Below, piece after piece: positions 58,146 through 64,000 of a stretch of DNA of 64,000 nucleotides. The translations under genes were made by a program, and so were the position numbers. How positions within the stretch are numbered: position 1 is the stretch's first letter; each line of letters begins with the position of its first letter. Below the pieces are notes generated by a model that did not search any database, was not told the origin of the DNA, and saw nothing but the letters and a program-made list of their open reading frames with translations. The stretch spans positions 9,791 through 73,790 of the forward strand of contig JBAWFC010000008.1 in assembly GCA_049591535.1 (NCBI GenBank), read 5' to 3'. The DNA comes from Thermoplasmata archaeon. GTDB taxonomy: Archaea; Thermoplasmatota; Thermoplasmata; Lutacidiplasmatales; UBA184.

Positions 58146-59970
58146 ACTTGTGCACGACGTCCACGAACGTCGAATGCGACCACGTCAGCGGGGTCGCGCT
58201 CTTGGGTTCTCCCGTCGTCCGGTCGTTCTGCTCCGGGAGCAGCAGCGTCGGGGTCGCGTGCGACGCGACCCACTCGATCAGCTCCCGGCATCGGGGCCGG
58301 TCCCCGAGTCGAAGGCGTGCCTCGGCGAGCCAGAGCGTGCAGACGATCCACGGGTTCTCGCGACCGTAGTACTCGTCCCCCTCGTAGCGGGCAAGCCCTC
58401 CGATCTCCGGGCTCCAGAGCCGTTGCTCGATCACGTCGACGACGGTCCGGGTCCGGGGGTCGTCCCACTCCAGGAGCCCGAGCTTGAGCCCGAGGAGGAT
58501 CGACGCATCCAGGCGCTCGTCTCGCGGGGCCAGGGAGCGGACGAACCGGTGGTTCGCCTCGTCCCAGAACTGGGTCCGCGCGGCGTCGATGATCTCCCGC
58601 GAGGCCGTTCGCCACCCCGTCGGGTCCTTGCCGATCTCCTCGGCCACGCGCGCCGCGCGCTCGAGGGCGTGGCCTACCGCCGCGGTCGAGTAGGCGTGGA
58701 TACCGAGGCGTTCCTCCCACAGGTCGAAGCTCGGCGCCGGAAGACCCGTGGTCCGGTCTCGGAACTCCGCGAGAAAGTTCGCCGCCCCTTTGACGAGCGG
58801 CCAGACGTCGAGCAGGACGTCCGGGTCGGCCCCGCGCTTAAAGTGGTGCCAGACCGCCGCGATGACACTCGCCGTCTGGTCGATCTGCAGCGACGGGGGC
58901 GGGTGCCACGTGCTTCCGATCGCCCCGTCGGGAAAGTGTCGGTGGAAGAACGACCCGTTGGGCTCCTGGCATTGTCTCGCGAACGAGAGAAACCGGGACG
59001 CGTTCTCGTACAGGCCGGCTTCGTCCATCGCCTTCGATATGTACGCCCCGTCCCGCCACCAGCAGAAATTGTAGGTGTCCCCCGCCGCGACGAGGGAACT
59101 CGTGTCGGGAGAGGCGATGATCGCGCCGTTGGCGCCGGTGGCGTGCCGCATCATGAGCACGCTCGACCGGTAGACCTGGCGCGCGAGGTCGCTCAACCCC
59201 GAGGGAGGGTGAGGCAACCGGCGCTGGACCCAGGTGTCCCAAAACGCTTCGGATTCCCGGACGAATCGAAGCGAGCCGCCGTCCCGGACGTAGTTTCGGA
59301 CCTGGTGGACGGCGGGGAGGCTGCGGCCGGCGGCTAGGAACAGGCGCACCTCGGTGTCGCGGTCCGGCACCGGCTCGAGGTCCCACTCCATGACGCTGTC
59401 GGCCGCCCCGTGGGCGACCGGGCGACCCTCGAGCCGACCGTCCTCGGCGTCGACGTAGGTCCCCTTGAGGCCCTTCAGCGTGTGCTCGCCGCAGACGGCC
59501 CGGGCGTACGCCGGGTCCGAGAAAAACTCGAAGAAGTAGCCCCGCTTGTAGTGGACCAGCGACGGTACCGTGGCGTCGACGAACGCGGTATCCTGGTACA
59601 TCGACTCCGCGATCTGGAACGCGTGGTAGGCGAACAGACGGATCGGGCGGGCCGGGTTGGCGCGGAGGCGGAACACCCGCGCGATCAGGTCGTGGTTCGG
59701 ATGGACGTGGTCCCGGACGGAGAGGGTCAGTCCGTGGCCGGTCCAGACCGAGTCCGGAAGATGACCGCCGCCGTACGGATTCTGCCGGATCTCGTACCCG
59801 TTCCCGCGGCGTAGCCAGGCGAACTTGCCTCCCCCGACGTCGAAGACGCCGAGCCGCATCTCCCGCAGGTGCTGGAACTGTCCCGGGAACGGGTAGAACA
59901 GTTCGTTCCACTCCCCGTTCTGGTTGACGGTCAGGAGTATCCGGCCATTGCCCGTCAGCAGGGTGATCAA
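58105..59970 (-). CDS. GH15 family glycoside hydrolase (archaeal glucoamylase/trehalase type)
   Basis: The (alpha/alpha)6-barrel motifs are YNFCWWRDGAY, SFDLWEERLG (the general-acid Glu region) and LPEQ... An N-terminal beta-sandwich typical of prokaryotic GH15 is also present. Confidence 0.9.
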   Translation of the reverse strand: MITLLTGNGRILLTVNQNGEWNELFYPFPGQFQHLREMRLGVFDVGGGKFAWLRRGNGYEIRQNPYGGGHLPDSVWTGHGLTLSVRDHVHPNHDLIARVFRLRANPARPIRLFAYHAFQIAESMYQDTAFVDATVPSLVHYKRGYFFEFFSDPAYARAVCGEHTLKGLKGTYVDAEDGRLEGRPVAHGAADSVMEWDLEPVPDRDTEVRLFLAAGRSLPAVHQVRNYVRDGGSLRFVRESEAFWDTWVQRRLPHPPSGLSDLARQVYRSSVLMMRHATGANGAIIASPDTSSLVAAGDTYNFCWWRDGAYISKAMDEAGLYENASRFLSFARQCQEPNGSFFHRHFPDGAIGSTWHPPPSLQIDQTASVIAAVWHHFKRGADPDVLLDVWPLVKGAANFLAEFRDRTTGLPAPSFDLWEERLGIHAYSTAAVGHALERAARVAEEIGKDPTGWRTASREIIDAARTQFWDEANHRFVRSLAPRDERLDASILLGLKLGLLEWDDPRTRTVVDVIEQRLWSPEIGGLARYEGDEYYGRENPWIVCTLWLAEARLRLGDRPRCRELIEWVASHATPTLLLPEQNDRTTGEPKSATPLTWSHSTFVDVVHKYAETEGHGKIPEE

Positions 59971-60180
59971 GGTACGGGCCCCTCGACCGAGCCCCGGGCG
60001 CTCGACATCTGGGAGAACGCGGGAGCGCCGCCGTGTATAACACCTCGGTTCGAATCGAGACCGGGCTCCGGCCGCGGGCCGGCCGCGGCCTCCGCGCCGG
60101 CGCCCCGAAGGCCCGGTTCCGGGGGCGCGAGTGGACCGCTGGCATTAATACCGGAACCGGCGGAAGTCGCCTCGGGCGCG

Positions 60181-61494
60181 ATGCCGGAACTGGTCCTCCT
60201 GAACAATCTCTGGGTACTGATCGCCGCCCTTCTGGTCTTCTCGATGACCGTAGCGGTCGGGTTCCTCGAGGTAGGCGAACTGGGGGAGTCCGTCTACCGG
60301 AGCCTCCTCAAGACCCTCCTGATCAGCGGCCTCGCGATCGTCATCATGGCCGTCGTCGGGTTCAACATCGGGTTCGCTCCGACCTACGCGGGAGTGATCG
60401 GCCAGCCGTTCTACGCCCCGGGATTCTTCCTCGGCGGGTTCAACCCGAACTACGCGTCGACCTTCGGAAGCCCCTGGTGGTCGATGACCCCGTCGTACTT
60501 CAACACGGGGCTCTACTCGGGGACCTACTTCCTCTTCGAGGCCGCGTTCGCCTCGGTCACGTTGGCGCTGGTCGGGGTCGTCGTGCTCCGCAAGATGAAG
60601 CTGACCTCGTTCGCGCTGTATTCCGTAGTCTACTTCCTCGTCATTTGGACGGTCCCGGCCGCGTGGATCTGGAACCCCACGGGCTGGCTGGCCCGTATCG
60701 GAATGGTCGATTTCGCGGGTGGATTGGTGGTGCACGGAGCGGCCGGTGCCGCCGGGCTGGCCATCTTAGTACAGATATGGCGGGAGGAGCGAGCGAGGGG
60801 ATGCACAACCTCTCCGGCGACTCCCGTGCGACCCCGCCCCGGATGGCTGGCCCTCTCCGTCCTGCTGCTGTGGATGGGGTGGTTCGGATTCAACCCGGGG
60901 AGCGTGCTCCAGTTCAACACCGAGGCGATCGTCGTCGTGCTCACCACCTTCATCGCCGCCTCCGCGTCGATGCTCTCGTTCCTCGCGGTCCAGTACTACC
61001 GGGGTCGAACGCTCGCGGACCTCGCGACGGGAGTGAACGGCACCCTGATGGGTTTGATCATCATCACCCCACTGGCGGGGTTCGTCAGCCCCGCGAGCGC
61101 GCTGATCCTGGGACTGGTCGGTGGCCCGCTCTTCGCCCTCGCCGAGGGCAGGTTCGCACGGCTGAAGTGGCTGTCCGACCCGGTCGGGCTGCTTCCCGGT
61201 CACCTGGTCGGCGGGCTGTTCGGTGTCCTCATGATCCCGTTCTTCGCCCAGCGCGCGTTCGCGTCGGGCGCCGGCTATCCGAATCTCCCGAACGGCGTGT
61301 TCTTCGGTGGGGGAATGCCGGCGATCCACCAGTTGGGGGTGGAGCTGCTCGGCATCGTAGCCGTCATGGCCGTCGTCTTCACGATCTCGTTCGTCGTGGT
61401 GGCGACCATCGCAAAGGCGAGTCACGGGATCACGACTTCCGCGGCCGACCCGGGCACGACGGAACCGACCCCTGCCTCCGACGTCATGTCGTAG
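60181..61494 (+). CDS. amt: Ammonium transporter (Amt family)
   Basis: About 11 TM segments are present. The Amt signatures are VDFAGGLVVHGAAGAAGLA and GWFGFNPGS, with a conserved His in ...LPGHLVGGLFG. I take the ATG at 60181. The upstream ORF part is Arg/Pro-rich. Confidence 0.9.
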   Translation: MPELVLLNNLWVLIAALLVFSMTVAVGFLEVGELGESVYRSLLKTLLISGLAIVIMAVVGFNIGFAPTYAGVIGQPFYAPGFFLGGFNPNYASTFGSPWWSMTPSYFNTGLYSGTYFLFEAAFASVTLALVGVVVLRKMKLTSFALYSVVYFLVIWTVPAAWIWNPTGWLARIGMVDFAGGLVVHGAAGAAGLAILVQIWREERARGCTTSPATPVRPRPGWLALSVLLLWMGWFGFNPGSVLQFNTEAIVVVLTTFIAASASMLSFLAVQYYRGRTLADLATGVNGTLMGLIIITPLAGFVSPASALILGLVGGPLFALAEGRFARLKWLSDPVGLLPGHLVGGLFGVLMIPFFAQRAFASGAGYPNLPNGVFFGGGMPAIHQLGVELLGIVAVMAVVFTISFVVVATIAKASHGITTSAADPGTTEPTPASDVMS

Positions 61495-61684
61495 ACGGAC
61501 ATCGCGCGGCCGTGCCTCGCGCTGCAGCGAGCCCCGAGGGATCCCGGGGACGGCGTTGCGCCGCGGCCCTCGGGTCGGCGACTCGTTCGACTGAAGACGA
61601 CCGGTCCGCAGGAACCAAGCCTTCATATGGCGGGAGTGACGGTCGCCTCCACGACGGGCTGACTGCGCGTCGCACGAGATCCCC

Positions 61685-62098
61685 GTGACGAGTACCACCA
61701 CCACGACCTACAGCGCCCCTGTGACGTCCTCGCGTCCTCTGGGAGTGGCCATCCTGGCCATCCTGATCGGGCTCTACGGGTTCGTCCTGTTCTTGCTGGG
61801 ACTCCTGGTCGCAGTGGGTTCGACCGTCTTCGCCGCGGTGGGGGGCGGCAACCTCCTCGGCTCCATCGGAGTCTCGGGCGCGATCGGAGGCGTCATCATT
61901 CTGATCATCGGGCTCATCATCTTGGGTCTCGCGGTGGGCCTCTGGCACCTACGTACGTGGGCGCTCGTGCTCACGATCCTGTTCCTCATCCTCGAGATGG
62001 TGATCTACGGACTGGGACGCGACTTCATCTCGTTCGGATTCATCGTCGCCGTCCTCCTGTTCATCTACCTGATCGCGGTCAGTCGACACTTCTCCTAG
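61685..62098 (+). CDS. Small integral membrane protein (4 predicted TM helices), unknown function
   Basis: The protein is 137 aa with a GTG start. It has four long hydrophobic stretches (e.g. GVAILAILIGLYGFVLFLLGLLVAV and VIILIIGLIILGLAVGLW). GC3 is high in this frame. I recognise no domain. Confidence 0.5.
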   Translation: MTSTTTTTYSAPVTSSRPLGVAILAILIGLYGFVLFLLGLLVAVGSTVFAAVGGGNLLGSIGVSGAIGGVIILIIGLIILGLAVGLWHLRTWALVLTILFLILEMVIYGLGRDFISFGFIVAVLLFIYLIAVSRHFS

Positions 62099-62155
62099 CG
62101 CGGACCGCCCGTTCCGTTCGGGGCCGGTCGCCCGCCCCGCGCGGGTCGAGACCGT

Positions 62156-63349
62156 TCACTTCAGGATCGGGACGCCGAGCCGCTCGAGCGCTCTCCGTCG
62201 AAGGTCCGAGAGCGCGTTCATATAGTTCGCGTAGGCATCGTACGGGCTGTCGTAGCTCGAGAAGTACTGGTGAACCCCTTGGTCCGCCCCGTGCCCGCTG
62301 ACGTACATGTAGTAGAAGTGGTCGGAGGTCAGCAGCTTCCTCCAGTCGGTGAGGATTCCCGGGTCGTTCGCCTGCCGGACCACGACCCCGACCTTCTTCA
62401 CCGCCTCGAACGCCGAGCGCTGTAGGTCGTTCCCGAGCCACGCCCCGAGGTCCCGGTTCTGGTCCGCCCAACTCATGGTGTACGGCACGGACAGGGGGGC
62501 CCGCGGCGGCCCCTGGATCGCCTCGTCCACTGTCGCCCAGCCGAGCCCGGCTTCGTGGTGCACGGCTTCGGGGAGGGCGCTCAGGAAGTTGAGGATCCCC
62601 GTTTGGGCGGAGTGGTGTTCCCCGAACGTTTCGAAATCCATGAAGAGCCCGACGAGTTCCCCGGGGGTGGCGGCGAGCCAGCGGGCGTACTTCTCCGCGG
62701 TCAACGGGTACTCGTTCCACTCCCGGGAGGAGAACCGGAACCCGACGTCGTCGCTCAACGGATAGTGCCGGAGGAGGAGCATGACCGTCGGGGCGGGGGC
62801 GGCGCAGTACCGGTACGTCGGCGGGTTGCCGCGCAGCATGCCTTCCCACCCCTCCGCGAGCATCCCGTGGAACCGCTGCGCTTCCGCGAATCGTGCGAGG
62901 TCGTCGGAGTACGCGAGCTCCGTCATGCGGAGGACCTTGGGGTCGGTCCCGAACTCCGTACGGAGCATGGCGCGATGCATCGCGACCTCTTCGGTGAGCT
63001 CCGGTGGGGGAACCAGAAAGGCGAGCGAGTGGTAGTACGTCTCCCCGAGGAGCGCCGCACGACCGGTGCGTACGATAGCCCGGAGACGGTCGAGCACGTC
63101 GGGAGCGGCGGCCTTGGCCTGTTCGACGAACGTTCCGGTGATCGAGATGCTCACGCGGAACTCGGGATGGGTCTCGAGGGACGAGAGGAGACGGTCGAGC
63201 GTCGGTCGGTAGCATCGTTCGGCGATCCCCCGGAAGATGCCGAGGTTCCGGTCGATGTCGAAGTACGAACGCCCGGAGCCGAGGTCGAGGTAGCGGAACC
63301 GGGCGAGTCGCCACGGCTGGTGCATGTGGAGGTAGAGTACGATCTTCAA
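62156..63349 (-). CDS. GH57 family glycoside hydrolase (alpha-amylase/branching-enzyme-like)
   Basis: (M)KIVLYLHMHQPWR is the typical GH57 N-terminus, and ...DFETFGEH... is also present. I prefer the TTG start at 63347-63349 because it overlaps the upstream TGA (TTGA at 63346-63349). The tool ORF extends to 63418. Confidence 0.85.
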   Translation of the reverse strand: MKIVLYLHMHQPWRLARFRYLDLGSGRSYFDIDRNLGIFRGIAERCYRPTLDRLLSSLETHPEFRVSISITGTFVEQAKAAAPDVLDRLRAIVRTGRAALLGETYYHSLAFLVPPPELTEEVAMHRAMLRTEFGTDPKVLRMTELAYSDDLARFAEAQRFHGMLAEGWEGMLRGNPPTYRYCAAPAPTVMLLLRHYPLSDDVGFRFSSREWNEYPLTAEKYARWLAATPGELVGLFMDFETFGEHHSAQTGILNFLSALPEAVHHEAGLGWATVDEAIQGPPRAPLSVPYTMSWADQNRDLGAWLGNDLQRSAFEAVKKVGVVVRQANDPGILTDWRKLLTSDHFYYMYVSGHGADQGVHQYFSSYDSPYDAYANYMNALSDLRRRALERLGVPILK

Positions 63350-64000
63350 GGGCCCCGACCCCGGGTCCCCATCGCTTCGAGATACACGCCGACCGTCTCC
63401 CGCGCCCGTTCGGGCCATCCCTCCCGAAGGGCCTCCCAGCGCCCCTGTTCTCCCATCGCGGCGCGCAGCGTGGGGTACTCGAGCAATTCCGCGATCCGGC
63501 TCGCGAACTCCTCGGCGTCCCAGAAGTCGACGCGGAACGCCCCCGAGCCGATCTCGGCGACGCCGCTCGTCTTCGAGACGATGGTGGGGACTCCGGCGGC
63601 CATCGCCTCGAGCGCGGCGATGCCGAACGGCTCGACGACCGACGGGAGGACGAAGACGGAACTCCCGGCGAGCAGCAGCTCGCGCTCGTCGTCGGTCACC
63701 TTGCCCAGGAACATGACGTGGTCCCCGATCCCGAGGGAGGCCGCGAGGTGGATCAGGCGCGAGTACTCCGGCCCTTCCCCCGCGACGACGAACAAGACGT
63801 CGGGGAATGTCGGGACGAGGCGCGCGGCGGCCCGGAGGTACGTGTCCACGCCCTTCATCGCCGCCAGTCGACCGACGTAGAGGACGACCCGCTTCGTCGG
63901 GTCGATCCGTTCCAGTCGTTGGCTGGGGCGTACCGCGTTGTAGATCACCCGGACCTTCTGAGGGTCCGCGTGGTACCGGTCGATCAGCTGCTGGCGCAGG
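63346..64000 (-). CDS. GT4/GT5-type glycosyltransferase (glycogen-synthase-like), 5' end beyond the window
   Basis: The C-terminal GT-B half reads VLYVGRLAAMKGV ... FLGKVTDDE ... VFVLPSVVEPFGIAALEAMAAGVPTIVS. The frame stays open upstream of the first Met (...LRQQLIDRYHADPQKVRVIYNAV) to the window edge. Confidence 0.8.
   Translation of the reverse strand, partial: LRQQLIDRYHADPQKVRVIYNAVRPSQRLERIDPTKRVVLYVGRLAAMKGVDTYLRAAARLVPTFPDVLFVVAGEGPEYSRLIHLAASLGIGDHVMFLGKVTDDERELLLAGSSVFVLPSVVEPFGIAALEAMAAGVPTIVSKTSGVAEIGSGAFRVDFWDAEEFASRIAELLEYPTLRAAMGEQGRWEALREGWPERARETVGVYLEAMGTRGRGP

Noticed and set aside
60047-60056. GGTTCGAATC, a tRNA T-arm-like string in the GH15/amt spacer
   Set aside because: The flanks form only a 4-bp stem with an 8-nt loop. 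I found no acceptor, D or anticodon arms around it, so it is not a tRNA. A second TTCGAATCC string near 8390 also fails stem pairing.
1-64000. CRISPR arrays, IS elements/transposases, integrases, rRNA genes
   Set aside because: I saw no regularly spaced direct repeats, no transposase- or integrase-like translations and no rRNA-like conserved stretches. The only repeats found are the short palindromes and hairpins, the (GNGT)x3 codon repeat and the protein-level domain repeats.

Overview
This is a 64-kb window with visibly high G+C (about two-thirds by eye, not computed). I read it as archaeal for two reasons. Several genes have an AT-rich TATA-like box centred about 27 nt upstream of the start codon, as in leaderless-type promoters. 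The gene content also fits: archaeal-type VapB, a ComA-like enzyme, GH57 and GH15, and sequon-dense surface proteins anchored by a C-terminal TM helix. A G1 glutamic peptidase hints at an acidophile. I support about 41 protein-coding genes and one probable frameshifted remnant. I found no rRNA, tRNA, CRISPR or IS element. Layout: (i) 0-2.3 kb holds two toxin-antitoxin pairs (Zn-ribbon-MNT/HEPN and VapBC) and a 0.75-kb non-coding gap with a 20-bp perfect palindrome whose 18-bp core recurs at the vapB start. (ii) 2.6-16.9 kb holds glycan-assembly genes: a beta-helix protein, a large polytopic membrane protein, two sulfatase-fold enzymes, a GT-B enzyme, a Dol-P-hexose-synthase-like GT2, a Wzx-type flippase and a PQQ-propeller/PKD surface protein. 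(iii) 17.1-22.6 kb holds pstS, a fused pstC-pstA, pstB and two convergent APS kinases. (iv) 22.8-52.6 kb is the core of interest. It starts with a G1 peptidase and a divergent pair of NPP-type alkaline-phosphatase-superfamily enzymes. A translationally coupled minus-strand operon follows: GT2 with an orphan domain, GT4, two GT-C-like paralogues and a third sulfatase-fold enzyme. The divergent plus-strand set has a third GT-C-like paralogue, two anchored clan-A glycosidase-like proteins, a Kelch protein, an orphan secreted protein on the opposite strand, and a HAD phosphatase coupled by ATGA to a 1448-aa surface protein. (v) 52.6-64 kb holds ATP sulfurylase, a ComA-like/wHTH fusion, a DUF1801 remnant, an SDR, and a glycogen/trehalose block (ROK kinase, GH15, GH57, GT4) interrupted by amt. 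The best candidate for something undescribed is an extracytoplasmic glycan-elaboration system. It combines three paralogous GT-C-like proteins with cytoplasmic sulfatase-fold enzymes whose formylglycine motif is replaced by an NPP-like T-x-P-S-H. It is bracketed by sulfate-activation genes, yet I recognise no sulfotransferase. All functional calls come from motif recognition by eye and none is database-verified.
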